A stretch of 64,000 nt of DNA from Victivallaceae bacterium (GCA_036659455.1 JAVXCN010000001.1:9261-73260); one strand, 5' to 3'. Shown: positions 1 through 11,036, numbered from the stretch's first letter. Notes: generated by a model not told the origin, from the sequence alone. Program-made: numbers and translations.

Positions 1-731
1 GTACTTTAAATGGTGAGCTAAATATTGCAGGTTTATGTGCATTTTTGAGTATGGCGAGTGCTTCTCAGCTTTTCGATTTGATGATATCCCAAACATTTGT
101 TAAGGGCTTCTTAATTACTTCCCATAATGTGGATTATAAACCGCTTACTCAACTTTTATTGTCGAAAGTCTCTTTATTAGCAGAAGAAGAAAAACAAGCC
201 TTGTTAGGCTCCGCAAGGCGGATGAGAAGTTTATATGGTCCTATGCTAGTCAGTGACAATAATGTTTTATTAAATGTTCTTTTTGTTTTGAACATTGATA
301 TAACCGATACAGTAGGTCCTGCAGGAAGCATATGGGATTATGTAGTTATGAACGAGAATTTGCACTTTTTGACTTTACTCCTCTCTAAACCGGATTATTT
401 GTCCTGTTGCGATAAACAGAGGAATACCGTTTTGACTTCCCTGATTGAAAAAGGAAGATTTGATCTGTTTTCATTTGTTCTTAGTCGTAACGGTAACCTG
501 GTTTTGGATAAAAAAAATCGTTTAGATATGGGACCCATTGCGACATTATTACACTATGCTCGGTTAAACAATTATGAAGATTCGCTAGTGATTCGTACTC
601 TTACGGATCTTAATCAGTCTGAAAGTTCGGATCATGTATTAGATAAAAACGGGATGTTGGAATTGGCCGAAAGAGAAAATTTGTCTGAAACCGTTAAAGC
701 CGCTTTGCGAGAGATTGGTTGTGTGACTTAA
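1..731 (+). CDS. Hypothetical protein, C-terminal part. The frame is open to the window edge, and the TTG at 45 is only the first in-window start. Faintly ankyrin-like helical repeats.
   Basis: No stop in this frame between nt 3 and 731. Segments NTVLTSLIEKGRFDLFSFVLSRNGNL and GPIATLLHYARLNNYEDSLVIRTL resemble ANK helix pairs. No catalytic motif recognised. Confidence 0.4.
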   Translation, partial: TLNGELNIAGLCAFLSMASASQLFDLMISQTFVKGFLITSHNVDYKPLTQLLLSKVSLLAEEEKQALLGSARRMRSLYGPMLVSDNNVLLNVLFVLNIDITDTVGPAGSIWDYVVMNENLHFLTLLLSKPDYLSCCDKQRNTVLTSLIEKGRFDLFSFVLSRNGNLVLDKKNRLDMGPIATLLHYARLNNYEDSLVIRTLTDLNQSESSDHVLDKNGMLELAERENLSETVKAALREIGCVT

Positions 732-833
732 TCCGGGCATTGATAAGGAACATACTATATTTTTTTCTAATCCGTTTCATTAGTTACCCCATAATTTTCA
801 AAAAATTAAATATTAACTCGGGATTAAGGGGAA

Positions 834-2705
834 TTATTTATTTTTTTTCAATCTACGATTCGTGAAAAATATTAATCCGCTAAGTGTCAAAATTCCTAAA
901 ATGGATAGCGTTAGTTTATTTGTAGGATAAGGTACTTGAGGAAGTTTTCCGATAGCATTCAAGGGCCAGAATCGATACAAGGGAGCACCTAATAAATTAT
1001 CGATGGGAACGCATCCGAAATCTCGACTATCGGCACTCATGGGATAATTATCGCCCAAAACCAAAACGTGTCCTTCGGGTACTTTAAAACCGAAATTTTT
1101 GATAAACGATTCGATTTCTTTCGATGTCCCTTTAAATTTACGAGACATATCGGTAAAGCCGATATAAGGATATTCGTCAGAAGAGGTCGTTTCGTGTTTG
1201 ATTTCATTTTTTACGAATTGCAGTAACCGTGAATCATCTTTTGAGAAAAGCGGCGCATTCATGACATATAAAGAACTGTTATTATAAAACGCGAATCGTT
1301 GAGGTAACGATAAACGATAGAATTCGTTTTTTTCGTGATAATTACTGAAATGAATTCCCATATTGAATAGTCGGATAATTTCTTGTTCATTTAATTTGTT
1401 TAACTGATGATCGGAGTCGACCGGTCTTCTTATTCCGGCAAAATAAATGCGATAGGGCACTCCGTTTTCGAACTCATAACAACCATCGGAAACGTTGGGT
1501 AATGAAATGGCATTTAACATTCTTTGAGAATTTTGATTTTCAAGTTGATATCGAAAAGCCTTGCCGGAGGATACGATGAATCTTGAAGTCGTTAAATGTC
1601 GTTTTAAAAGTTCTATGTGGTTATGGTCCAATCCGATAAACGTCGAATAGGGGTTTAGGGAAGGGGAAGTTTCAAAAGCGGTTTTCGATATCAGGGGTGA
1701 GGGGTATGTCAGATTAGCCGTATGATAAATTTTCAAATAAGCTATGGGAGAATTTCCGAAAGATTCCTTATAAGTGTTAGGTACTTTATCCGGCTGAACG
1801 ATATGAACGACCGCATAGTTATTCATTCCCATAAGTTCGGCATAGCTTACAGGTTGATTACGGTTCGTTTTCATTAGGACCGGTTGATCTTCTTCCCAAG
1901 AATCTTGAAAGAAAAACCATCCTTTAGTTCGTAAACCCGTAGCCAAAAGCTTGCCCAGAGACTTATCCATCTGTTTAAAAAAAGTCGTTTGATTTCGTGT
2001 TTCCGTATTTCCGTCAAAACTAATGAACGGAACATGACGAATGTCTTCTATACGGTTTTTACCAAGATAATTTTCATTGCTTTGTTCGTTGACGAGTTCT
2101 CCTTGTCGATCGACAATGTATATATATCCTCCGTAAAAATAAACGGTATCTCCCGGTTTTGCCACGCATCTTTTAACGTAACGTTTTTTTCCGGGAAATA
2201 TCCCGAAATATCTTGTGTCTGAGTTAGGAATAGACATTCCTTTAACCGTAAATACCACCAAACTGCCTCTTTGGATATCGTTTTCGGAAAAGAAAAAAGG
2301 CTTATTTGAAAAAGGTAATCGCAATCCGAAAGTTGTTTTGGATACGACGATTCTATCTTGTTCCCTGATTGTCGGTCTCATGGAACCGGTAGGTACTTCA
2401 TAAAGCTCGAACCAAAATTGACGAATTAAAAATGCAACTGCAAAAGCAAAAAGAACGGTTTTAATCAATTCTTTGATTCCACAGGAACATTGACGTTGAG
2501 ATTTTTTCATAAGTAATTTGAGACTATCGGAATAAATGGCTGCCTGTTCGGAATGTTTGGCTTTAATAGCCTTTTCAAGTTTATCCATCAAGGAAGCGAT
2601 CTCTTTGGTCATATCGGAAGATAATTTGTGTTTTATCTTTTTTAACGCTTTTTGAGATTGAAGGAGAATTTTTTCGTAGGATTTAAAGGAACTGTTAGTA
2701 TTCAT
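834..2705 (-). CDS. lepB: Signal peptidase I, long chlamydial-type form (623 aa)
   Basis: Catalytic Ser box VPTGSMRPTI and the GDNYPMSADSRDFG box. N-terminal extension plus TM (VLFAFAVAFLI). C-terminal TM. Confidence 0.9.
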   Translation of the reverse strand: MNTNSSFKSYEKILLQSQKALKKIKHKLSSDMTKEIASLMDKLEKAIKAKHSEQAAIYSDSLKLLMKKSQRQCSCGIKELIKTVLFAFAVAFLIRQFWFELYEVPTGSMRPTIREQDRIVVSKTTFGLRLPFSNKPFFFSENDIQRGSLVVFTVKGMSIPNSDTRYFGIFPGKKRYVKRCVAKPGDTVYFYGGYIYIVDRQGELVNEQSNENYLGKNRIEDIRHVPFISFDGNTETRNQTTFFKQMDKSLGKLLATGLRTKGWFFFQDSWEEDQPVLMKTNRNQPVSYAELMGMNNYAVVHIVQPDKVPNTYKESFGNSPIAYLKIYHTANLTYPSPLISKTAFETSPSLNPYSTFIGLDHNHIELLKRHLTTSRFIVSSGKAFRYQLENQNSQRMLNAISLPNVSDGCYEFENGVPYRIYFAGIRRPVDSDHQLNKLNEQEIIRLFNMGIHFSNYHEKNEFYRLSLPQRFAFYNNSSLYVMNAPLFSKDDSRLLQFVKNEIKHETTSSDEYPYIGFTDMSRKFKGTSKEIESFIKNFGFKVPEGHVLVLGDNYPMSADSRDFGCVPIDNLLGAPLYRFWPLNAIGKLPQVPYPTNKLTLSILGILTLSGLIFFTNRRLKKNK

Positions 2706-3208
2706 TATTTATTTTCTTAAAAATAGGAACTCTTATAATTTCCGAAAATCTAGTTTATTAAGAAAACAACTGCAAGATAATTTTCCCCGTTTAATGTGGA
2801 AAACATGTTCATAGTTTGTTTATTTCTTGTTTCCGAGATGTTGAAGAATATTTGTTTTATCTTTGAATTTCATCAACTTAGGGTACTATGTAAATGTTTG
2901 AAAAAAATGTTCATAACTCGTTCTCGTTTTGAAGTTTTCATAGGGCATCGAGACATGAATGATGAATGTCGTAATCCGTTGAAAAGTATTCATGATTTAA
3001 AAAATACCTGTAATTCCGGAAATGGCCTGCAAGGATAAAGTCGTCTTTATCGAAGAAAACGAGCCGTTGATGAATGGATTTTCGGATTGAGGCAATCGAC
3101 TGTGAAGACAGAGTCCTAAGAAGAAATGGTTTAATTGAAAATTGAGATTCATTGAAAGCTTGATCGATATTTGTATCTGCCGCAGCTTTCCGTGGAATTC
3201 GGAATGAT

Positions 3209-3958
3209 TTATTTTGAAGATTCTTTTACGGTTTCGACGGAGAGATCGTGATTATATTCTTCAGCGGTTGTGCTTTGATCGTTGTCCATTTGAAATTTAT
3301 ATTGAAAAGGAGTAATCAATTTTTTACCTATTCCAAGAGATCTTATCTTTAGTTGTTCCCCAATTTCTATCCATACCGGGAAAGGTGAGATGTCAGTAGC
3401 AGTCAGACGAATTTCAATGCGTTTTTCCGAAAGAAAAGAGTTATCTCTAGGCCAGTAGGCTTCGAGAGCTTCGATATCGCCGGGTTCGAGGTTTTCTTCG
3501 GAAATGATTTTAGGATGCCAAATCGAACCGGAACCGCCGTTGATTCGTCTTAATTTGTCTTCAGGAATTTTATCAAAATCTAAAGTTAATAAAGTTGCAA
3601 ATAGAGGAGAAGAGTTTATTTTTTTCAAGTCACACAATTTTTCACTTAACGAAAAACACTCAACAAGGTCTTTAGATACTCTGAAAATACGTATTTTAGG
3701 ATGGCCTTTTTTTGAATTTACGATGTTTTTCCAATTTTGAGGAGGACGAAAAGGAGATGTGTATCGAATTTCTTCCACTATTGCAGATTGATTATCCGTC
3801 TCTTTTACGACAAAAATAACTTGATTGCCGTTATAGGAAAGTACGGCATAGTCTCCTGCGGAAGATCGTAATAGGATATCCGCAAGACGGGTTTTTGCAA
3901 ACAAGGGGTGGCACATCGACAGTAACAAAACGGTTAATAATAATATTTTTTTTTTCAT
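3209..3958 (-). CDS. Hypothetical secreted/periplasmic protein
   Basis: 249-aa ORF with a classical signal peptide MKKKILLLTVLLLSMCHPLFA-KT. No recognisable domain. Confidence 0.55.
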   Translation of the reverse strand: MKKKILLLTVLLLSMCHPLFAKTRLADILLRSSAGDYAVLSYNGNQVIFVVKETDNQSAIVEEIRYTSPFRPPQNWKNIVNSKKGHPKIRIFRVSKDLVECFSLSEKLCDLKKINSSPLFATLLTLDFDKIPEDKLRRINGGSGSIWHPKIISEENLEPGDIEALEAYWPRDNSFLSEKRIEIRLTATDISPFPVWIEIGEQLKIRSLGIGKKLITPFQYKFQMDNDQSTTAEEYNHDLSVETVKESSK

Positions 3959-4077
3959 TCGTAGGATTATCTCAAGGGTTTCGTGTTTAAAAACAAAAAA
4001 TATAAGGAAATATTACATTCAAGAAATTTTTATTTGTAGGATAACCTTGTTATTTTTTCAGCATGAGATAAATATTA

Positions 4078-4105
4078 TTGACTTTGTGTTCAAAATCTTT
4101 AAAAT
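4078..4105 (+). promoter_or_regulatory. Candidate sigma-66/sigma-70-type promoter for the rpmE2-prfA-prmC unit
   Basis: TTGACT (4078-4083), a 16-nt spacer, then TAAAAT (4100-4105), ~100 nt upstream of the rpmE2 ATG. Sequence match only. Confidence 0.3.
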
Positions 4106-4204
4106 CTCCTTCTTGAGTTGAGTTCTTTCCCTGTTGCTTTCCGTTCTTGGAAGCGTGCCTTTTTCGGATTGGACAGCGCAAATATTTTGTTTCGGAGGTT
4201 AATT

Positions 4205-4534
4205 ATGAAGAAAGATATACATCCTGAGTATCGTCAAGTTCTTTTCGTCGATTCTTCGACGGGATATAAGTTCGTTTGCGGCTCTACGTTGCGCTCGAAT
4301 AAAACGGAGATTTTTGAAGGACAAGAGTATCCGGTTTGTTATGTCACCGTTTCTTCTTCGTCTCATCCTTTCTTCACGGGAAGCAAGCAGTTTATCGACA
4401 CCGAAGGGCGAGTCGATAAATTCCTAAAACGATACGGTCCTAAGAAAACCGTTGCCAAACCCGAAGAGGAGAGTGTTGGTGCCGGTTCCCCTGATTCGAA
4501 AAAAACCGTCGGTAAATCTAAGAAGAAGAAATAG
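4205..4534 (+). CDS. rpmE2: 50S ribosomal protein L31, type B, with a Lys-rich C-terminal tail
   Basis: [28 protein letters not shown]...[10 protein letters not shown] is the L31 type-B signature. GGAGG at 4194-4198 precedes the ATG at 4205. The track ORF start at 4118 adds 29 non-L31 residues. Confidence 0.9.
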   Translation: MKKDIHPEYRQVLFVDSSTGYKFVCGSTLRSNKTEIFEGQEYPVCYVTVSSSSHPFFTGSKQFIDTEGRVDKFLKRYGPKKTVAKPEEESVGAGSPDSKKTVGKSKKKK

Positions 4535-4574
4535 TTTATAAGTCCGTCTCATGACGGATTGGTAGCATTGTTCC

Positions 4575-5639
4575 ATGGAAGATAAGGTTATTCGATGTTT
4601 AGAGAGATTAAAAGATGTGGAAAATCTTTTAGCCTCTCCCGGTGTTTTTGATGATGCAACCGAATATCGACGTTTGACTAAGGAACATTCTTATCTTTCC
4701 GACATCCGTACCGTTTATCAGAATTTGCTTTCGATTCGTAGGATTAGGGAGGATGACGTTAAGGCGTTATCCACCGAAAAAGATCCTGAGATCGTTGTTA
4801 TGCTCGAAGAAGAGATTAAGAAAAACGAGCGTCTTTACGAATCTTGTGAAAAAACTTTGCTTTCTTTGCTTGTTCCTCCGGATCCTGACGATGATCTCGG
4901 AGTTATTATGGAGTTGAGAGCAGGAACAGGAGGAGACGAAGCTGCGCTTTTCGTAGCCGATTGTGTGCGTATGTATCAATTATTTGCCATGGTTAGAGGC
5001 TGGAAATGTGAAGTATTGGCGGTTCATGAGTCGGATCTTGGCGGGTTTCGTGAGTATATTATGGGATTTTCCGGGGATGGTGTTAAAAGATTTCTTCAAT
5101 ATGAAGGCGGAACTCATAGGGTTCAGCGTGTCCCGGAGACGGAGACGCAGGGACGGGTTCATACTTCCGCTATTACTATAGCTATACTTCCGGAACCTTC
5201 TGAAGAAGAAGACGTTAAGATAGACGAAAAAGATCTTCGAATCGATACCTATCGTTCGTCGGGAGCGGGTGGTCAGCACGTTAACGTAACCGATTCTGCG
5301 GTCCGTATTACCCATTTACCGACCGGAGCCGTAGCCGCTTGTCAAGAAGAGCGTAGTCAGCATAAAAATAAAGAGAAAGCCATGAGGATTCTCAAAGCAA
5401 AAATTCGAGAGGCTGAAGCTAAAAAGCGATCTGAGATTGAATCCGCGTTAAGGTCGAATCAAGTGGGTTCCGGTGATCGTTCCGAAAGAATTCGTACTTA
5501 TAACTTTCCCCAAAACCGATTGACGGATCACCGCATTAATTTGACTTTATATTCGTTGGATAAAGTTTTGGAAGGAGATCTTGAGCCGATAGTCAGTGCT
5601 CTTGTCAGACATTTTTATCAACTCAAGTTAGCTTCGTGA
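4575..5639 (+). CDS. prfA: Peptide chain release factor 1
   Basis: GGQ motif in [26 protein letters not shown]1-type tripeptide region ([13 protein letters not shown]). Followed by prmC. Confidence 0.92.
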   Translation: MEDKVIRCLERLKDVENLLASPGVFDDATEYRRLTKEHSYLSDIRTVYQNLLSIRRIREDDVKALSTEKDPEIVVMLEEEIKKNERLYESCEKTLLSLLVPPDPDDDLGVIMELRAGTGGDEAALFVADCVRMYQLFAMVRGWKCEVLAVHESDLGGFREYIMGFSGDGVKRFLQYEGGTHRVQRVPETETQGRVHTSAITIAILPEPSEEEDVKIDEKDLRIDTYRSSGAGGQHVNVTDSAVRITHLPTGAVAACQEERSQHKNKEKAMRILKAKIREAEAKKRSEIESALRSNQVGSGDRSERIRTYNFPQNRLTDHRINLTLYSLDKVLEGDLEPIVSALVRHFYQLKLAS

Positions 5640-6484
5640 CGATTCGTAGTTTAATTGAAGAAGGGAGTCGTTTTTTGGAAAAACAAGGAGTTCCTTTTCC
5701 CCGTCGAGAGGCTCGTTATCTTTTAATTGATATTTTAGGAATCGATACGGTTTCGGCATTACTTTCGAAAAATTTGATGCCGGATGAAGAAAGTGTTTCG
5801 CAGTACCATGAACGAATTTTCCAAAGAGGTCGTCGCCGACCTTCTCAATACATTGAAGGACGCGTATTGTTTTATGGGCTTCAATTAATGGTTGAAGAGG
5901 GTGTTTTGATTCCCCGGCAGGAGACCGAAATTTTAGCATCTTTGGTTAGTGACTTTTTTAACAATAAGAATATTCGTGAAGGGATTCTTTGGGATCTTTG
6001 TTGCGGTAGCGGATGCTTAGGTTTATCTTTGAAGAAAAAACACCTGGGTTTAGAGGTCTCTTTGTTCGATATTTCCGATAAAGCGACGACTTTAAGTGCC
6101 GAAAATGCTGCTCATAACGGTCTTGACGTTTCAATAAGTAAAGCGAATGTTTTTTGTTCTTTCGACGGTTCTTCAACGTGTGATTATTTGATTTGTAATC
6201 CACCCTATTTATCTTTTCGTGAAATTTTGAATACCGCTCCTGAGGTTCGTTGTTTCGAGCCTTGGTTGGCTCTTTACGGTGGAGCTGGGGGATTGGAGTT
6301 TTATGTTTTTTTAGCCGAAAATCTTATGTCGTTTTTAAAACCCAAGGGAAAATTATGGCTTGAATTAGGTTTTCGACAGGGCATTGAAGTAAAAGCGATT
6401 TTTGAAAAAAATAATTATTTCGGTGAATGTATTAAGGATTTCTCAGGTGTGGATCGGTTTTTTTTCCTTGAAATGGATAAGTAG
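5636..6484 (+). CDS. prmC: Release-factor glutamine N5-methyltransferase (HemK/PrmC)
   Basis: NPPY motif (LICNPPYL) and SAM-binding [10 protein letters not shown]. The GTG start overlaps the prfA stop (GTGA). Confidence 0.85.
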   Translation: MTIRSLIEEGSRFLEKQGVPFPRREARYLLIDILGIDTVSALLSKNLMPDEESVSQYHERIFQRGRRRPSQYIEGRVLFYGLQLMVEEGVLIPRQETEILASLVSDFFNNKNIREGILWDLCCGSGCLGLSLKKKHLGLEVSLFDISDKATTLSAENAAHNGLDVSISKANVFCSFDGSSTCDYLICNPPYLSFREILNTAPEVRCFEPWLALYGGAGGLEFYVFLAENLMSFLKPKGKLWLELGFRQGIEVKAIFEKNNYFGECIKDFSGVDRFFFLEMDK

Positions 6485-6526
6485 GATAGTGTATTCTGCC
6501 GCCCTGGTATTTTGTTTCGTAGACCG

Positions 6527-7870
6527 ATGTTTGCTTCATTAACGAAAAGATTGGTAGGGGTTGCCGGCTCTCTTGCGAGGGTTTATCGGGTTAGCGAAAA
6601 AGACGTTTCCGATGCGATTAGGGAAGTCAGGCTTTCTTTATTGGATGCAGATGTTAACTACACCGTGGTTAAAGAGTTTATCTCTGAGGTCAAGGAAAAG
6701 GCTCTTGTTATCGGTGGAATCAAAGGTGTGTCGGCGGGAGATCGGTTTATTGAGATTCTTCATGAAGAGCTTGTTTCTCTTATGACGACGGAAGGAGGTG
6801 ATTTGGCAATTGCCTCGAAGAAGCCTTCCGTGTATTTGTTATGCGGTTTACAGGGAAGCGGAAAGACTACTAGCTGTGCAAAGTTGGCTTTTTTTTTGAA
6901 GGAAGAGAAGCGAATCGAAAAAATTTTACTCGTTCCCTGTGATTTAAAACGTCCCGGTGCTGTTGAACAATTACGGATTTTATCCGAAAAGGCCGGTGTT
7001 TCTTTTTATAACCCGGATTCCGCTGATCCGGTTCTTGTATCGGAAAACGCCAAACGATATGCGATTCGTGAAGGGTTTGATGCCGTCCTGTTCGACACCG
7101 CCGGAAGACTTCACGCGGATGAGCCTTTAATGAACGAATTAAAAGGAATAAAATCTCGTGTAAATCCCGATGAAGTTTTGTTTGTTGCGAATGCCGCGTT
7201 AGGTCAGGATGCCGCTATTTCTTCCGAAGCTTTTGACCGGGGAATAGGCTTAACGGGATTCGTTTTGACGATGCTTGATGGTGACGCCAGGGCGGGGGCT
7301 TCTTTATCTATGATTAGACTGACGGGGAAGCCGATAAAATTGGAAGGCTCCGGAGAAAAAATTCAGGATTTGCGTTTGTTCAGTGCTGAATCTATGGCGG
7401 ATCGTATTTTAGGAAAAGGAGATACGGTTAATTTCGTTAGGGAAGCGAAAAAATTGGTCAATGAAGAGGAAGCTAATGCGATGGCTGAGAAGATACGTCG
7501 GGCTTCTTTTGATTATAATGATTATTTGAAACAGATTGCCTTGTTTCGGAAGATGGGGCCGTTTAAAAAGTTAATGCGCATGCTGCCCGGTAACGAAGTA
7601 TCCGACTTTGATCTTGAAGAGTCTGAAAAAAAATTTATGAGAACGGAAGCGATTATCTTTTCCATGACGCCTGATGAGCGGGTGGAAAAAGTGGATTTAT
7701 GCATAAGTCGTATTAAGAGGATAGCTTCCGGAAGCGGTGCGTCCATCGGTGATATAAATAAGCTGAAAAAGCAGATGAAACAAGCTAAAGAGTTTTTCAA
7801 AGATATGAATAAGGAAAAAATGGAAAAGCTCGAAAAAAAAATGATGGGAGGAAACAGTAAGTGGCTTTGA
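6527..7870 (+). CDS. ffh: Signal recognition particle protein Ffh
   Basis: GTPase motifs GLQGSGKTT, DTAGR and TMLDGD. Met-rich M domain (MRMLPG...). The ORF opens at TTG 6512, but ATG 6527 (MFASLTKRL) fits the Ffh N-terminus better. Confidence 0.9.
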   Translation: MFASLTKRLVGVAGSLARVYRVSEKDVSDAIREVRLSLLDADVNYTVVKEFISEVKEKALVIGGIKGVSAGDRFIEILHEELVSLMTTEGGDLAIASKKPSVYLLCGLQGSGKTTSCAKLAFFLKEEKRIEKILLVPCDLKRPGAVEQLRILSEKAGVSFYNPDSADPVLVSENAKRYAIREGFDAVLFDTAGRLHADEPLMNELKGIKSRVNPDEVLFVANAALGQDAAISSEAFDRGIGLTGFVLTMLDGDARAGASLSMIRLTGKPIKLEGSGEKIQDLRLFSAESMADRILGKGDTVNFVREAKKLVNEEEANAMAEKIRRASFDYNDYLKQIALFRKMGPFKKLMRMLPGNEVSDFDLEESEKKFMRTEAIIFSMTPDERVEKVDLCISRIKRIASGSGASIGDINKLKKQMKQAKEFFKDMNKEKMEKLEKKMMGGNSKWL

Positions 7871-8214
7871 AAATTCGTTTGAGGCAACAAGGTAGAAAGA
7901 ATAGAGTCGTTTATCGTCTGGTTTTGACTGATGCCGGTTCTCCTAGGGATGGTAAATATCTCGAGATGTTGGGGTGGTATAATCCCCACGAACAGATTTC
8001 TCTCGATGTGAAAGGAGATCGTATTTTTTATTGGTTAAATCAAGGAGCTGAGATTACCGAAAAAGCTATTGCTTTGTTGAAGCAGGGAGCTCCGGGTGTT
8101 TATGAAGCTTATACTTCTAAAAAGGTTGCTAAAAGGGCTGTTTTGTGTCAAAAGAAGCGAGCTTATAGAAAGCGATTGAGTGAAAAAAGACAAAGTGCCA
8201 TTGTCTCCGCTTAA
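7861..8214 (+). CDS. rpsP: 30S ribosomal protein S16
   Basis: MALKIRLRQQGRKNRVVYRLVLTD...GWYNP is the S16 signature. The GTG start overlaps the ffh 3' end. Confidence 0.9.
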   Translation: MALKIRLRQQGRKNRVVYRLVLTDAGSPRDGKYLEMLGWYNPHEQISLDVKGDRIFYWLNQGAEITEKAIALLKQGAPGVYEAYTSKKVAKRAVLCQKKRAYRKRLSEKRQSAIVSA

Positions 8215-8228
8215 AACGGTTTAGGGTA

Positions 8229-9329
8229 GTGAAGTTTGACGTTATTTCTTTGTTCCCTGATTATTTCGAAAGTCCTTTGAGTTTAAGTATTCTAAAAAAG
8301 GCTGTCGATAATGGATTATTGACGTTTAATTTTTTGGACTTGAGGAATTTCGGAAACGGTCGTTGGCTTAAGGTGGACGACGCGCCTTTCGGGGGTGGTG
8401 GAGGAATGGTGATCGGTCCGGAACCTGTGGCCGCGGCTATACGAAGTGTGAAAAAGCCTCAAGACGGAAGTCGCGTTATTTATCTTTCTCCTAGAGGAAG
8501 CGTTTTAAATGCTTCCAAATGTCGCGAGTTGGCTTTGTATGATCATTTGATTTTGATTTGCGGACATTATGAAGGGATTGATCAGCGGGTTATTGATCTG
8601 GAAGTTGATGAAGAAATAAGCATTGGCGATTATGTTTTGACGGCAGGCAGTGCAGCTGCTCTTGTATTGATGGATGCTGTCAGTCGTTTTGTGCCTGGAG
8701 TTTTAGGTAATCCTACCGGATCGGATACGGAGTCTTTTGAGAACGGTCTCTTAGAGTATCCTCAATATACACGACCGGAGAGTTTCGAAGGTTTATCAGT
8801 GCCTTCGGTTTTGCTGAGTGGTAATCACAAGGATATTCATTCTTGGAGACTTAAAGAGAGTCTGAAAAAAACCGAAGAAATTCGTCCGGACCTCTATTTG
8901 GATTACCTACTTTCTAATGAAAGGGGTAGCGAGGAGCATATCGGGACATCTCTGATATATCGAAACAGTGTTTTCGAAACGGTGATACCGGTTGAGGATA
9001 TATCGGAAAGCTTGCGATTTTATTCCGGAGTTTTTGGGTTATTAAAACAAGACGTGGAAAGACATACCGGTGAAGAACAGTGTGGTGTGATTGCTCCTAA
9101 TGCTTTCGGGCGTTTTCGATTGAAACGGGTTTCTTCAAAGAACGGTATGGTTTTCTTCATTTCTTTTGAAGAAGTCGAGTCTTTACAAAAAGCCATCAAA
9201 AGGTGGAATAAGTATTCGAAAATGATTGCTTTTCGGAGAGAAGAAAATAACGAAGATATATACGAGGCTCGTTTTGAAGATCTAAATGAGCATCATTGGG
9301 TTTTGTTCTTGAAAAATCAGGATAAATAG
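8229..9329 (+). CDS. trmD: tRNA (guanine37-N1)-methyltransferase with a ~125-aa C-terminal extension (VOC/glyoxalase-like)
   Basis: TrmD blocks [18 protein letters not shown] and [31 protein letters not shown]. Extension: [20 protein letters not shown]...[13 protein letters not shown]. Confidence 0.9.
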   Translation: MKFDVISLFPDYFESPLSLSILKKAVDNGLLTFNFLDLRNFGNGRWLKVDDAPFGGGGGMVIGPEPVAAAIRSVKKPQDGSRVIYLSPRGSVLNASKCRELALYDHLILICGHYEGIDQRVIDLEVDEEISIGDYVLTAGSAAALVLMDAVSRFVPGVLGNPTGSDTESFENGLLEYPQYTRPESFEGLSVPSVLLSGNHKDIHSWRLKESLKKTEEIRPDLYLDYLLSNERGSEEHIGTSLIYRNSVFETVIPVEDISESLRFYSGVFGLLKQDVERHTGEEQCGVIAPNAFGRFRLKRVSSKNGMVFFISFEEVESLQKAIKRWNKYSKMIAFRREENNEDIYEARFEDLNEHHWVLFLKNQDK

Positions 9330-9339
9330 GAAAGGGTTT

Positions 9340-9714
9340 ATGGGTAATTTAATTAAGAAGATGGAAAAGGAATTATGTCGTACGGACATTCCTAGTTTCG
9401 GTGTAGGTGATACCATAAGGGTCGCAACTAAGATTACTGAGGGTGGAAAAGAAAGAATACAGGTCTTTCAAGGAACCGTTATTGCTCGAAAAGGCAGTGG
9501 TTTAGGTGAAAGTATATCTTTACATAGGGTAGCCTACGGTGAAGGTATGGAAAAAACCGTTTTATTAAATAGTCCTAAAATAGCTTCTATTGAAATCGTC
9601 AAGAGAGGGAAAGTCGTCAGAGCTCGTTTATACTATCTTAGAGGAAAAACGGGTAAAGCAGCTAAGGTGAAGGAATATATTGGTTCGAGAAAACCGGTAT
9701 CTGTTGCTTCTTAG
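9340..9714 (+). CDS. rplS: 50S ribosomal protein L19
   Basis: [33 protein letters not shown] is the L19 signature. Confidence 0.92.
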   Translation: MGNLIKKMEKELCRTDIPSFGVGDTIRVATKITEGGKERIQVFQGTVIARKGSGLGESISLHRVAYGEGMEKTVLLNSPKIASIEIVKRGKVVRARLYYLRGKTGKAAKVKEYIGSRKPVSVAS

Positions 9715-9732
9715 TCAATTGTATTATTTCAA

Positions 9733-10416
9733 ATGATTGTATCTGAAAACAACGATGATTTTTTGTTCCGAAAATTTTCGGCTATGAGTGTTTTTGAAAC
9801 GGAGGCTTATAAAGCCGGCTATCGGTATGTGATTGGGATTGACGAAGCGGGCAGAGGGCCTTTGGCCGGTCCTGTATTGGCGGTGGCTTGTTATCTACCT
9901 CCCGGAAAATTTTTTCCCGGTGTTGACGATAGTAAAAAAATGACTTCTTCAGGAAGGAAAAAAATTAAGGATTTGTTGTTGTCTGATAAGGAAGTGTCTT
10001 TCGGAATCGGGCTTGTCGAAGCTCCGATCATTGATCGGATCAATATTTTACAAGCTACTAAACAAGCTATGAGGGAAGCTGTCGATTCCTGTCGTACGCC
10101 TACAGACTTTCTCTTAATTGACGGTATGAATTTTGATATTAACGGTCTGCCTTCCAGAGGAATTGTTAAAGGAGATGCTCTTTGTGTGTCTATTGCCGCT
10201 GCTTCCGTTTTGGCTAAGGAATTTCGTGATGAAATCATGTTAAGGTATCATAAAGAGTATCCTGAGTACGGTTTTGAAAGACACAAAGGTTATGGAACTG
10301 CGGTACACCTTGCCGCTCTGAAAAAATTCGGTCCGACTCCTATTCACAGAAAGAGTTTTTCTCCCGTAGCGAAATGTAAGTTTCAATCCCCTTCTTATTG
10401 CGAGGCATCGGTCTAA
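9733..10416 (+). CDS. rnhB: Ribonuclease HII
   Basis: GIDEAGRGPLAGPV catalytic block, DDSKK and LLIDG. The start could be an internal Met (9781). Confidence 0.88.
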   Translation: MIVSENNDDFLFRKFSAMSVFETEAYKAGYRYVIGIDEAGRGPLAGPVLAVACYLPPGKFFPGVDDSKKMTSSGRKKIKDLLLSDKEVSFGIGLVEAPIIDRINILQATKQAMREAVDSCRTPTDFLLIDGMNFDINGLPSRGIVKGDALCVSIAAASVLAKEFRDEIMLRYHKEYPEYGFERHKGYGTAVHLAALKKFGPTPIHRKSFSPVAKCKFQSPSYCEASV

Positions 10417-10418
10417 AG

Positions 10419-11036
10419 ATGACGGAAATCTTCGAGAACCCGAATTCGATTATGAAACGTCCTTTGATTTTCGTAATCAGTGCTCCCTCAGGAACCGGTA
10501 AATCCACTGTTGCGGATCGTCTGGAAATGGATTTAAAGAACTTGTTAAAGAGAGCTCGTTCATGCACTACCAGAACAATAAGACACGGTGAGGTAGAAGG
10601 ACGAGATTATTATTTCATTGATGAAGAACGGTTTCGAGCGTTGATTGATTCGAGCAGCTTTTTGGAATATGAAGAATTATTCGGGGCTTGTTACGGAATT
10701 CTGAAATCTGAAGTCGAAGGAATTTTGGCTTCGGGAAATCATGTGCTGCTCGTTTTGGACGTAAAAGGCGCTTTGAAGTTTCGTAATTTATTTCCTTCTT
10801 CGGTCGTAACGATTTTTTTGCTACCGCCGTCTCCGGAAGAGCAACTAAAAAGGTTGTCGAAAAGAGGTTCCGAGAATTCGGATAGTTTACATGAGCGTTT
10901 ATCAAGAACGGTTGAAGAAGAACGGATGTCGGATTTTTTTGATTATAAAGTGATTAATCAGGATCTTAATGCTACCGCATTCATTCTTAAAAGCATTTTT
11001 ATAGCGGAAGAACACAGAAGGAGGGATCATGAGTGA
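10419..11036 (+). CDS. gmk: Guanylate kinase
   Basis: P-loop ISAPSGTGKST and the TTR...GEVEGRDYYF block. ATG 10419 lies 2 nt after the rnhB stop. The ORF opens at 10398. Confidence 0.88.
   Translation: MTEIFENPNSIMKRPLIFVISAPSGTGKSTVADRLEMDLKNLLKRARSCTTRTIRHGEVEGRDYYFIDEERFRALIDSSSFLEYEELFGACYGILKSEVEGILASGNHVLLVLDVKGALKFRNLFPSSVVTIFLLPPSPEEQLKRLSKRGSENSDSLHERLSRTVEEERMSDFFDYKVINQDLNATAFILKSIFIAEEHRRRDHE

Noticed and set aside
2796-3038. 80-aa + strand ORF in the lepB upstream intergenic region.
   Set aside because: It has no SD, an odd composition and no similarity that I recognise. It is probably non-coding promoter-region sequence for the divergent or flanking genes.
4118-4204. Upstream extension of the L31 ORF (track start at 4118).
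   Set aside because: The L31 homology begins exactly at MKKDIHPEY (ATG 4205), which has a GGAGG Shine-Dalgarno. The 29 upstream residues have no L31 counterpart.
4536-4565. Small hairpin tccgtc-tcat-gacgga after rpmE2, considered as a terminator.
   Set aside because: It is only a 6-bp stem with no following T-run, and prfA starts 30 nt later, so it is more likely within an operon transcript.
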